DNA of 64,000 bases, taken from NCBI GenBank assembly GCA_002502965.1, contig DAQS01000006.1:77552-141551 (forward strand), written 5' to 3'. Under the pieces are notes generated by a model that was not told the DNA's origin, made no database searches, and worked only from the letters and a program-made list of their open reading frames with translations. This stretch comes from Methanomassiliicoccaceae archaeon UBA381 (GTDB lineage: Archaea; Thermoplasmatota; Thermoplasmata; Methanomassiliicoccales; Methanomethylophilaceae). Shown one piece after another: positions 56,340 through 64,000 of this stretch (positions are counted from its first letter, which is position 1; every line of letters begins with the position of its first letter). The position numbers and the translations under genes were made by a program.

Positions 56340-56840
56340 TCACTCCTTCCCTTTGACCTTCGTCTCATAGACGAAGATCTCTGGATTGTCATTAACTGAC
56401 GACCTCTCCACCAGGATGTCGACCTCCACGTTCCTGACCGCGGGCATCTTCAGCAGCTTGGCCTGAATGAATTCGTAGAGATCGTCGACGTTCTTGGTGT
56501 ACATCTCGAAAACTATGTGGTGGTCCCCGAAGGATTTGTAAACATAGCCTATCTCCTTCTGGTCCTTGAGATTCTCCAGAACTACGGACACGGGCACCCC
56601 CATTATCTGCACGGCGACCAAGGACTTCATAACCCCGATCTTCCCATAGTCTATGTCTAGGCAGTAGCCGCGTATTATCCCCTCTTCCTCCATCCTTGCC
56701 ACCCTGCGGCTGACCGTAGCCTTGGATATCCCCTGGTTCTCGCCCACGGTGCCCATCGGTTTTCTGGAGTCTGATTTCATCGATTTCAGTATCTCGATGT
56801 CCCTGTGATCAAGAATGTCTGTCATGGAACCATGTTGCAT
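56340..56840 (-). CDS. Lrp/AsnC family transcriptional regulator
   Basis: 166 aa. An HTH (ISKATVSRRVARMEEEGIIRGY) plus a RAM-like domain. The stop lies 4 nt before the ycaO start. Confidence 0.85.
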   Translation of the reverse strand: MQHGSMTDILDHRDIEILKSMKSDSRKPMGTVGENQGISKATVSRRVARMEEEGIIRGYCLDIDYGKIGVMKSLVAVQIMGVPVSVVLENLKDQKEIGYVYKSFGDHHIVFEMYTKNVDDLYEFIQAKLLKMPAVRNVEVDILVERSSVNDNPEIFVYETKVKGKE

Positions 56841-56905
56841 ATGGGACGGTCGGATATTAAAAATGTTACGTAAGGGGTTTCAATGAGGCTCGGCCACACT
56901 TGGAC

Positions 56906-57619
56906 TCAGTCGCGCTTCGCCTTTGAGAGTATCCCGTCTTTCCACTTATCGAGGATCTCCATTGCCGGGGCGATCCTGTTGTACGGAACGCCTATTATCA
57001 TCTCATCCTGACGCACGGATGTTCTTTTCCTGGTACCGAAGCAGCCTATCGATATGTTAGGCTTGTCGGATGCCACCGGTACAACGACCGCGTCCTCGCA
57101 CATGCATTGGAACGGAGCTGTCACATAGCTCGTCCTGCCGCCGGTGCCCGCGGTCTCCAATGCGGATATCCAGTATATCCTCTCCGGGATATCGGTGAAG
57201 ACCACCACATCCGGCACGAAATCCGCCTGGCCCAGAGGGCAAACGATCTCCCCGATCACGCTGCCGGGGGGCAGGTCCGTTCTGGTGTCTATCATCTTCT
57301 TTGCCGCGTCCTTGGTGGAATGGAGGCCCATATTGAAATGGAACTCTCCGTCCGCGACCTTGTCCGGGGTCTTCATCATCCCGAGAGAGGATGCGCCGAC
57401 ATTGCAGGACATGTTCTCCGGCAGCGCTAATACGCACGAGCCGTTCATGGCATCCGCAATAAGCTGGCAGTGGCTCCTTTGGCCTTCGAGGCGCGGAGGG
57501 CTGCTCGGGATGCCCTCCCCCTTCCTTATGAGTTTGACCGCAACGGGATCGTGCCTCAGGGTCAGCGTCGACTTTAATTTCTCCGCGTATTCGGAATTTA
57601 ACTTCTTGAAATCTGCCAT
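56906..57619 (-). CDS. DUF169 family protein
   Basis: The ATG at 57619 gives MADFKKLNSEYAEKLKSTLTLRHDPVAVKLI. Family name from memory. Confidence 0.7.
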   Translation of the reverse strand: MADFKKLNSEYAEKLKSTLTLRHDPVAVKLIRKGEGIPSSPPRLEGQRSHCQLIADAMNGSCVLALPENMSCNVGASSLGMMKTPDKVADGEFHFNMGLHSTKDAAKKMIDTRTDLPPGSVIGEIVCPLGQADFVPDVVVFTDIPERIYWISALETAGTGGRTSYVTAPFQCMCEDAVVVPVASDKPNISIGCFGTRKRTSVRQDEMIIGVPYNRIAPAMEILDKWKDGILSKAKRD

Positions 57620-57679
57620 GCACAGAGGATGCCTGTGCAACAGAAATAAAGTTTGTGAATAAGAGGTTTGGAATTGCGT

Positions 57680-59311
57680 TCAGTTGCCTATCTGAAGGTC
57701 CTTGAAAACGTAGACTTTCTCGGGGCAGTTGAACTCGCATGCCTGGCAGGCTGTCCCGAGGCACAGGTCGGAACGTACGTTCACTTCGAAGTTCCCCTTT
57801 TCCCCGAGGACCGTCAGCGCGTCCTCCGGGCACTTGCGCTGGCACTTCCTGCATCCGGTGCACCCTTTGAAACGAGCCCGCATTATCCTGCCCACAGGGT
57901 CGAGTGTCTTCAGGCCCTCACCCACATCAGGTATGTCGGATCTGACCTTCCTTATAACGGTTGCCGGGACCTTTATCGGAGGGAGCCTCTTAAGCCCCTC
58001 GTATTCCAGCATGTCATTGTACATGTCCATGCCCATGCCCTCGTCCCAATAGGCGAGCTCGAGGACGTACATTTTCTCGAACATCTCCGATCCGGCGAAC
58101 ATCAGATGATTTGACGATATCGAACTGGCGACATCCTTCATCATATCCAGCGTCTTATCTGACGCCAGAAGGTCCCTGGCCATCATGAGCGACGTGTTTC
58201 CCAGCTGATATACTGCATCCAGGACGCGCGGGATCATACCGCACTCCTGCGCCTTCAGCGGATCCACGTAAGTTCCAGATGCGCCGGCCATGTACATCGT
58301 CTTGATGTCTCCGTCATCCAGGCCCACATGGTGCATGAGGGTGCGGTGCCCCGCCCTTATGGCTCCCATAGCCTTGCCGGATTCAGTGACATCCGCCTCC
58401 GTGAAATATACCCCGTCAGCCAGCTTTATGCGGCGGTCGGGAGTCGCTATGGATGGCCTTCCGATCAGACCGGACCTGAGACCCAGCGCCATGGATGAGA
58501 CGACACCGGTTCCTGTTATGCCCTTCGCCTTGTAGTCAAGGATCTTTATCGTCTCCCCTGTTACGGGGTTCGTTCTCGCCGTGACCACGGGCACAAGGGT
58601 GTCATCGAGAATGATGATGTCCCATTTCCCGTCGCCCGCTTCGTTGACATCGGATATCGCATGAGGAGAGGCTAGCATCCCGCATTCGACGGACTGACCT
58701 TCCATGGCCGGTCCCGCCGCAGCTGAACCGGAGTACAGCTCGCCTTCGTGGAACAGGCCCATCTCGGCGTTCGTGCCGTAATCCGTGACCATGCATGTCT
58801 CTTTCCTCTCCAGCAGCCCGGACTTGATGATCATGGCCAACGCGTCTGCGCCGATCTCGTGCCTTATGGCCGGAGGTATGATCACGTCCGCCTCCGGGTC
58901 CAGTCCCGGTATTCCTATCTCGCCGACGTTCCTCACGCCGCCTTTCCTGTCGGGGCTGACGACCCCCAGGCTCTTCAGCTTGCTCTTCCCTGCGAAGGCC
59001 AGGTCCCTGATCTCTATGTCCTCGAAAAGAGAGAGCTGGATCGGATTGCCGCAGACTGAGACCTTCGTCACCTGCTTCAGATTGTCCTTGCCGTAAAGCG
59101 CTATGAGATCGCCGATTGTCTCCACTATTATGCGGTGGGTTATCTCGCGCCCGGAAGTCATCCAGAAATGCATATGATCCATGATGTTCGCGCCCGGTAG
59201 CGGGTGCCTGACGGTTATCGCCGTGCTGAGGATCTTGGCTTTCCTGTCCAGGTCCACAAGATGGGACCTGAAACCGCTGGTTCCGAGGTCTAATGCTATT
59301 CCGTAGGGCAT
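57680..59311 (-). CDS. ramA: RamA-type corrinoid protein reductive activase (ASKHA ATPase with a C-terminal 2x[4Fe-4S] ferredoxin domain)
   Basis: 543 aa. The N-terminus is MPYGIALDLGTSGFRSHLVD. The C-terminus carries CTGCRKCQRKCP and CLGTACQACEFNCP. Confidence 0.85.
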   Translation of the reverse strand: MPYGIALDLGTSGFRSHLVDLDRKAKILSTAITVRHPLPGANIMDHMHFWMTSGREITHRIIVETIGDLIALYGKDNLKQVTKVSVCGNPIQLSLFEDIEIRDLAFAGKSKLKSLGVVSPDRKGGVRNVGEIGIPGLDPEADVIIPPAIRHEIGADALAMIIKSGLLERKETCMVTDYGTNAEMGLFHEGELYSGSAAAGPAMEGQSVECGMLASPHAISDVNEAGDGKWDIIILDDTLVPVVTARTNPVTGETIKILDYKAKGITGTGVVSSMALGLRSGLIGRPSIATPDRRIKLADGVYFTEADVTESGKAMGAIRAGHRTLMHHVGLDDGDIKTMYMAGASGTYVDPLKAQECGMIPRVLDAVYQLGNTSLMMARDLLASDKTLDMMKDVASSISSNHLMFAGSEMFEKMYVLELAYWDEGMGMDMYNDMLEYEGLKRLPPIKVPATVIRKVRSDIPDVGEGLKTLDPVGRIMRARFKGCTGCRKCQRKCPEDALTVLGEKGNFEVNVRSDLCLGTACQACEFNCPEKVYVFKDLQIGN

Positions 59312-59421
59312 GGTCTTTCCTCTATGCGCCGTTAAAGGTCTCCTTGGTTAAAATCGTATGCGAAAGAAGAGGAAAAATGTTGAAGGCCGCGACGGCATAG
59401 CCGCCACGGCCGTTAATGGTT

Positions 59422-60450
59422 TCAGCCTTTGATGGCCTTGACGACAGCCTTCAGGTTCTCGTCGGAGATCATCGCGGACAGGCCGCATCCCGGGGAAACA
59501 ATGTTGAATCCGGCGGCGGCGACCCTCTTGGCCTCGCTGGCACACTCTGCTGGGGTTCCCTGGAGCAGGGGCTTGACGACACCGATGTTCCCTATCAGTG
59601 CAGCGCGTTTGTTGACGTGCTTCACGGCTGCCGCGGAGTCGACCTTCTCCTCGATGGACAGACCGGTAACGCCGGTCTGTATCATGGAGTCGAGGATGGG
59701 CATGGTGTCACCGCAGATGTGCAGGACAGTGTATGCATCCTTGGTCTTGCCAAGGCTGTCATGGACGTACTTACCGGAATAGTCCCAGAACATGTCAGGG
59801 GACAGAAGGTCCGTGGAAGAGGAAGGCTCGGACATCTGGATGATGTCGGCTCCCGCATCGGACAACGCCTGGCAGTAAGCTTTGATGACGGGGTTGACGG
59901 CGTCGACCCATTTGAGGACCTGGTCGGGCTCCATTATGATCCCGAAGACGAGGTTCTCCGTGGACACCATGTGGCCTGCCAGAGTGAACGGTCCGGTGTT
60001 GCCCGCTATGACCGCGTAGTCCTTTCCGTAATCCTTGGCCATTTGCCTCGTGGCCTCGATGACGACCGCGGGCCTTCCGCCCTTTATGAACTCCTCAGGG
60101 TCCATGAGGTGGGGCTCGTCATACTCGCTGGTCATAGGATCGAATTTGAACGGGTGCTCTTTGAGCATGGGGGTGCTGTTCTTCTTTCCGGGATCTACCT
60201 TGCATCCGAGCCTCTCAGCTTCTGCTGTGAGACAGAACGCGGACCTTACAGCCTCAAAACCCAGAACCGTGGCCTGGCCGGCACCCAATTTCGCCATCAT
60301 CTTGGCGTCGGAGTGCGCTGCTGGCCAGGAAACGCCGAGGGCGTCCATCTGTCCGGCCGTCGCGCTCTGGGTGAAGACGGCCACCGGGGGCCTGTCCAGT
60401 TTCTCCATTCTCATGGCTGCGAGTATCCTTTCTCTTGGAGTCATTGACAT
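59422..60450 (-). CDS. Methylcobamide:CoM methyltransferase (MT2, MtaA/MtbA family, UroD fold)
   Basis: The ATG at 60450 follows GGAGA and gives MSMTPRERILAAMRMEKLDRPPVA. A later segment reads VLHICGDT. I cannot tell MtaA from MtbA by eye. Confidence 0.85.
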   Translation of the reverse strand: MSMTPRERILAAMRMEKLDRPPVAVFTQSATAGQMDALGVSWPAAHSDAKMMAKLGAGQATVLGFEAVRSAFCLTAEAERLGCKVDPGKKNSTPMLKEHPFKFDPMTSEYDEPHLMDPEEFIKGGRPAVVIEATRQMAKDYGKDYAVIAGNTGPFTLAGHMVSTENLVFGIIMEPDQVLKWVDAVNPVIKAYCQALSDAGADIIQMSEPSSSTDLLSPDMFWDYSGKYVHDSLGKTKDAYTVLHICGDTMPILDSMIQTGVTGLSIEEKVDSAAAVKHVNKRAALIGNIGVVKPLLQGTPAECASEAKRVAAAGFNIVSPGCGLSAMISDENLKAVVKAIKG

Positions 60451-60542
60451 ACGATAATTCTCCTTGTTGTTTCCGTACATCTTCAAGTTATATTAAAGTT
60501 AACTGAAACACATTGTTACACTCCGCAGATCACGACAAACCC

Positions 60543-62750
60543 TCATTTCTCGATAGGATCCCCGACCGCTCTGGATATCACTTCCACGAAGTTCACGGAC
60601 TTCGCGAAGTTCTCCTCCTCCCAATCCCCCATCCCCCCTTCGGTGGCCGTATGGGTCTTGATCTTGGACGACGTCTTGATATTGACGCCCCCCATGCTCC
60701 TGACCTTCGATTCCAGGAACGACTCCATGCTTCTGGAGGCCGATGCTATCGCATTTCCCAGGTGGGAATGGTATGACGTGCCCACATATGGTATGGTCGC
60801 CATGAACCGGTAGTCCTGCGTCGGGGCTACGGTTGCTGACATGGACTCGGAGACCTTGCTCGTGACAACACCCACCGCGTTGCCCACATCGAACTCCTCT
60901 GGGAACACGACCTCAGCCCCGATTCTTTCCCCCAGGTCGGCCATCATGAATCTGGCAGGCGCCCCTATCCCTACTATGGGCGTATTGAACCTCGGTCTCA
61001 GCGTCATGATCTCCCCCTCGCCGAAAGACGTCATCCTCCTAAGCAGGACCTCGGACCCTTCGTCCTTCCATCCGAGGAGCTCGTCGTCGAAGATCTTCGT
61101 CATTATGTGCTCGGCCACCTTGTTCTTTATCTCCTCGAAGATCGCCTTGGCGGCCTGCATCATGGTCATGCCGTACCTCTCGCTCACGGCACCGATCCCT
61201 GCGATAGCCCCTTCGGGGTTGCCGCTCTCGAAGAATCCCAGGAAAACCATCACATCTGTGGGCGTGAGGCACGAATGGATCAGGGCCCCTCTTGCCGTCA
61301 GGGAGGCCAGTTCCTCGTCTATCACCCATAGGCCGTTCGAGGCATTCATTATCTCCATCTTGTTCATGGGGCCTTTGCCCGCAAGAACCTCGTACACCCG
61401 GGCCTCTTTGCCCTTGAGATTCTTGGGGTCGTATCCGTTCTCTGCCACATAGTAATCGTAGATCGTCGTATGCTTTATCTGCGATATTACCTCGGGATAT
61501 TTCATAGCCAGAGTGGAAAGAGGCAAGACCCTTTCCGGACCTATGATGAACTTGGACCCTACGGTCATTATCTTCGAGTCGCCTCCCAAGGCCACGGTGT
61601 ACATGTCGACGGCTTTGACGCGGGTTCTCCACCCGCCTATCCTGGCACCTTCCTGCTGAACCTGCGGGAACCCGCCGCTCATGACCGCTATATCCGTGGA
61701 CGTGCCGCCTATATCGACGACTATGCAGTCATCCAATCCCGAGAGCACCTTGCCACCCATTGCACTTGCGGCCGGGCCCGAGAGTATGGTCTCCACAGGA
61801 TAATGCCTGGCATCCTTCAGGGACATGACCGACCCGTCCCCCTTGTAAGCCATAATGGGGGCGGTTATCCCCTTCTCACGGAACGTCTTCTCGACATCGT
61901 CGAAGAACTTGCTGACGGCAGGTATGAGCCTGCCGTTCAGCACTGCGGTCTCCGCCCTCAGATCAACACCGAGGACCGCGGACAGCTCATGGCCAGCCAC
62001 GGTGGGCAGCCCTGTGATCTCCTCTGCCAAGGCCTTTACCTTCTTCTCCTGCGTCGGGTTGAGATTCGCAAAAAGACCCGATATCGCTATTGAGTCCACT
62101 CCCTCTGAGACCTCTCTTATGGCCTCCTCTATCTCGGCCTTCGACAGCGGTGCTATGGACTTGCCCCTATGATCGTAACCTCCTCTCACTACGACCTGCT
62201 TCTTCTCGCCGAAGCTGACCTTCTCCATGGGATTCCATCCGATAAGGATGAGACCGACGTCCCCTCCCTGGCCCTCCAGGACTGAGTTGGTCGCCAGAGT
62301 GGTCGATATGCCCACATAGGAGATATCCTCCGGCCTTATGTCCGTAGCCTTGAACACAGCATCCACCGATCTGAAGAGACCTATCGACAGGTCCTCATGG
62401 GTGGTTGGAGACTTTCTCTTTGCAAGCACCGTATAGTCGTCAAGATCCAATATGACCGCGTCCGTATACGTCCCGCCGGTATCCACGCCCAGTCCGTATC
62501 TGGCGTTCACGACGGTCTCTTTCTCATCTGACACCGTTTCCGGCTCGACTAGTCCGACACCCTCCACCAACTTCCCCAGGTACCCGGAGACCTTCTCCCT
62601 CTTCTTCGTCTCTGAGTTGTACCTTGTTGTCTGATAGTAGACGTAATAGGAGTTGCCGGCCTTCTTGACGTCGAAGCATTTCCTACCGGCTTTCTTCTCG
62701 GAATAAATCCACTCCTGCACCCACTCGTCATAATCGGATCTTTGAACCAT
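60543..62750 (-). CDS. Hydantoinase A/oxoprolinase-like (HyuA-type ASKHA) protein with a roughly 85-aa N-terminal extension
   Basis: 735 aa. ASKHA motifs are LGVDTGGTYTDAVILD and VVDIGGTSTDIAV. No HyuB-type partner lies nearby. Confidence 0.8.
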   Translation of the reverse strand: MVQRSDYDEWVQEWIYSEKKAGRKCFDVKKAGNSYYVYYQTTRYNSETKKREKVSGYLGKLVEGVGLVEPETVSDEKETVVNARYGLGVDTGGTYTDAVILDLDDYTVLAKRKSPTTHEDLSIGLFRSVDAVFKATDIRPEDISYVGISTTLATNSVLEGQGGDVGLILIGWNPMEKVSFGEKKQVVVRGGYDHRGKSIAPLSKAEIEEAIREVSEGVDSIAISGLFANLNPTQEKKVKALAEEITGLPTVAGHELSAVLGVDLRAETAVLNGRLIPAVSKFFDDVEKTFREKGITAPIMAYKGDGSVMSLKDARHYPVETILSGPAASAMGGKVLSGLDDCIVVDIGGTSTDIAVMSGGFPQVQQEGARIGGWRTRVKAVDMYTVALGGDSKIMTVGSKFIIGPERVLPLSTLAMKYPEVISQIKHTTIYDYYVAENGYDPKNLKGKEARVYEVLAGKGPMNKMEIMNASNGLWVIDEELASLTARGALIHSCLTPTDVMVFLGFFESGNPEGAIAGIGAVSERYGMTMMQAAKAIFEEIKNKVAEHIMTKIFDDELLGWKDEGSEVLLRRMTSFGEGEIMTLRPRFNTPIVGIGAPARFMMADLGERIGAEVVFPEEFDVGNAVGVVTSKVSESMSATVAPTQDYRFMATIPYVGTSYHSHLGNAIASASRSMESFLESKVRSMGGVNIKTSSKIKTHTATEGGMGDWEEENFAKSVNFVEVISRAVGDPIEK

Positions 62751-62784
62751 GGAACCAGTAGAGCGGTTTGATTGTATTTATTCA

Positions 62785-62818
62785 TACCGTATAATATGTT
62801 ATACGGTATTATACGGTA
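62785..62818. promoter_or_regulatory. Three copies of the 10-mer TTATACGGTA (one inverted, two direct and tandem), 35-68 nt upstream of the HyuA-like gene
   Basis: Read directly: TACCGTATAA-TATG-TTATACGGTA-TTATACGGTA. Confidence 0.4.
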
Positions 62819-62900
62819 AGTCGCTATCCAGCATACTGCGGGCTACAGATTAAAAGTGAAAATGAAAAGGTTTCTTTCCTGTCGGACTCTATGGTCCAGC

Positions 62901-63539
62901 TTAGATGCCCAGGAGCTTCGCGGCGAAGTGGGATGCCTCTACAGCGTCGTAGGTCCATCCGTCTGCACCGATCTGGTTGGCGAACTCTTTCGAGGTTGCG
63001 CCGCCGCCGATCATGGTGAAGATCTTGCCCTTCAGACCCTCCTCCTTCAGGAGGTTCTCCATGTCCTTCATTCCCGCCAGGGTGGGGGTCATGAGGGTGG
63101 ACTCGGCGATGATCTGGGCCTTCTCGTCCTTTGCCTTCTGGAGCATGTCCTTTATCGGGACATCCTTGCCCATGTCGTGGATGGTGAGTCCGAGACCGGT
63201 GAGCATGGCCTTCACGATGTTCTTTCCGATGTCGTGAACGTCACCCTCGACAACGCCGAGGACCACGGTTCCCTTGGTCTTTCCGCCGTCTCCTGCGAGC
63301 AGGGGGAGAACAAGGTTGAGACCCTGGTAAAGGGTGTTGGCGGACAGCAGGACCTGGGGCAGGAAGTACTGTTTTGCGGCGTACTTCTCACCAACGATCT
63401 CCATTGCCTTGGAGAGGCCGTCGAAAACAACGGATTTTGCGCCTATGCCGGCGTCCAGGCATTTCTGGGTAGCTGCTTTTGCTTCTTTTATCTTGCCAGT
63501 TACGACAATGTCAATCAATGCGTCAATCTCTGCGCTCAT
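62901..63539 (-). CDS. Methyltransferase cognate corrinoid protein (MtmC/MtbC/MttC-size B12-binding protein)
   Basis: 212 aa. An N-terminal helical cap is followed by the DxHxxG motif in VVEGDVHDIGKNIV and GGG in TMIGGGATS. Confidence 0.9.
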   Translation of the reverse strand: MSAEIDALIDIVVTGKIKEAKAATQKCLDAGIGAKSVVFDGLSKAMEIVGEKYAAKQYFLPQVLLSANTLYQGLNLVLPLLAGDGGKTKGTVVLGVVEGDVHDIGKNIVKAMLTGLGLTIHDMGKDVPIKDMLQKAKDEKAQIIAESTLMTPTLAGMKDMENLLKEEGLKGKIFTMIGGGATSKEFANQIGADGWTYDAVEASHFAAKLLGI

Positions 63540-63674
63540 TTAATTTACCTCCATCCTCCGAGGCCAACGGCCTTCCAAGATGTTGTTCACGCATTCTCGT
63601 TCTTTCAACTTAAAGGCTTTGATGGATGGATTATATGTCCACGTACCATACATTCGCGCGTTTAACAAGATGGT

Positions 63675-63683
63675 ATTTAAAGG
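63675..63683 (-). promoter_or_regulatory. TATA-like element CCTTTAAAT about 136 nt upstream of the corrinoid protein ATG
   Basis: Read directly. Identical to the mcr upstream 9-mer; the flanks also agree (ATTTAAAGGNAC on the plus strand). Confidence 0.3.
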
Positions 63684-63704
63684 TACCCTTAACGCTGTTA
63701 TTTT

Positions 63705-64000
63705 TTACAATGCGAGGTCCGATATCTCCCCCAAACGCCCCAAGGGGATCACTCCCATCTCGGACACACCGTAGACCTTGGCGGAATCGGTGTCCGCACC
63801 CCTACAGGCAGGGGACATGAAGCTCTCCGGATCGGAAAGCACAAGATCAGTGCCCGACGACAAAAGACTGAAAGGCGGTAGCACTATTATGCCTTCCTTC
63901 TCAAGATGCAGGAAGCATGCCATCTTGATCCCGCCGCTGAGCGGGTCCCTTATCTTGACGGACGGGTGCTCGTGACCGATTATGACCGGTCTCAGGCCCG
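63705..64000 (-). CDS. Metallophosphoesterase-like protein; the 5' end lies beyond the window
   Basis: The open frame reaches the window edge. It translates as ..RPVIIGHEHPSVKIRDPLSGGIKMACFLHLEKEG. The GHEHP motif is typical of calcineurin-like phosphoesterases. Confidence 0.5.
   Translation of the reverse strand, partial: GLRPVIIGHEHPSVKIRDPLSGGIKMACFLHLEKEGIIVLPPFSLLSSGTDLVLSDPESFMSPACRGADTDSAKVYGVSEMGVIPLGRLGEISDLAL

Noticed and set aside
57057-57863. 268-aa minus-strand ORF overlapping DUF169 and the ramA 3' end in another frame
   Set aside because: It is an Arg/Gly/Pro-rich off-frame product. The DUF169 and RamA frames have recognisable family features and proper RBS/start contexts.
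60543-62750. The HyuA-like gene as a transposase fusion or mobile element
   Set aside because: Only a roughly 40-aa N-terminal motif recalls IS/integrase proteins. There is no DDE or recombinase domain and no terminal repeats.
62785-62818. The repeated 10-mers as a CRISPR or mobile-element terminus
   Set aside because: There are only three copies, directly abutting or 4 nt apart. There are no spacers, no cas or transposase genes, and no target-site duplication. An operator or hairpin is the simpler reading.
1-64000. Amber (TAG) stop depletion as a sign of pyrrolysine decoding
   Set aside because: By my count TAG ends 5 of about 70 genes (C_GCAxxG, arsR, DUF123, DUF4443 fusion, PRC barrel), and TGA dominates. 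This is suggestive at best. No pyl genes or TAG-containing methyltransferase genes are in the window, so no claim is made.

Overview
This 64-kb window is chromosomal DNA from a methanogenic archaeon. Moderately high GC, strong TGA stop preference, dense mostly minus-strand genes with many 4-nt stop/start overlaps. The gene content fits a methyl-reducing, host-associated Methanomassiliicoccales-like lineage, but that assignment is inference. 1-20 kb holds housekeeping genes: enolase (truncated at the window edge and absent from the ORF track), L40e (also absent), archaeal SAM synthetase, RNase Z, Rpe, FEN-1, IleRS, the two AcnX subunits of the archaeal mevalonate pathway, the rpoE'-spt4-DUF359-S24e-S27ae cluster, tRNA-Arg and a membrane pyrophosphatase. 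21-36 kb looks accessory and bacterial-like. It carries a 1963-aa cell-surface protein built from Listeria-Bacteroides-type repeats, a type III glutamine synthetase, two ether-lipid genes, an ars-like detox cluster and hcp/hxlR. tRNA-Leu and an RNase P RNA that I recognised by eye follow it. 40-63.5 kb is a same-strand methanogenesis island. It contains a nine-gene translationally coupled atwA-mcrC-mmp3-mmp6-mmp5-mmp15-mmp17-mmp7-DUF123 operon, mcrBDGA plus a trailing small ORF, lrp-ycaO (no tfuA), and a corrinoid protein / HyuA-like ATPase / MT2 / RamA / DUF169 block with no recognisable substrate (MT1) methyltransferase. That last block is my best candidate for something undescribed. Next are the DUF123 gene coupled to the MCR-activation operon, the AcnX-small-subunit::Nudix fusion and the DUF4443 paralog pair. 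All family names come from reading the translations and from memory; no searches were run.
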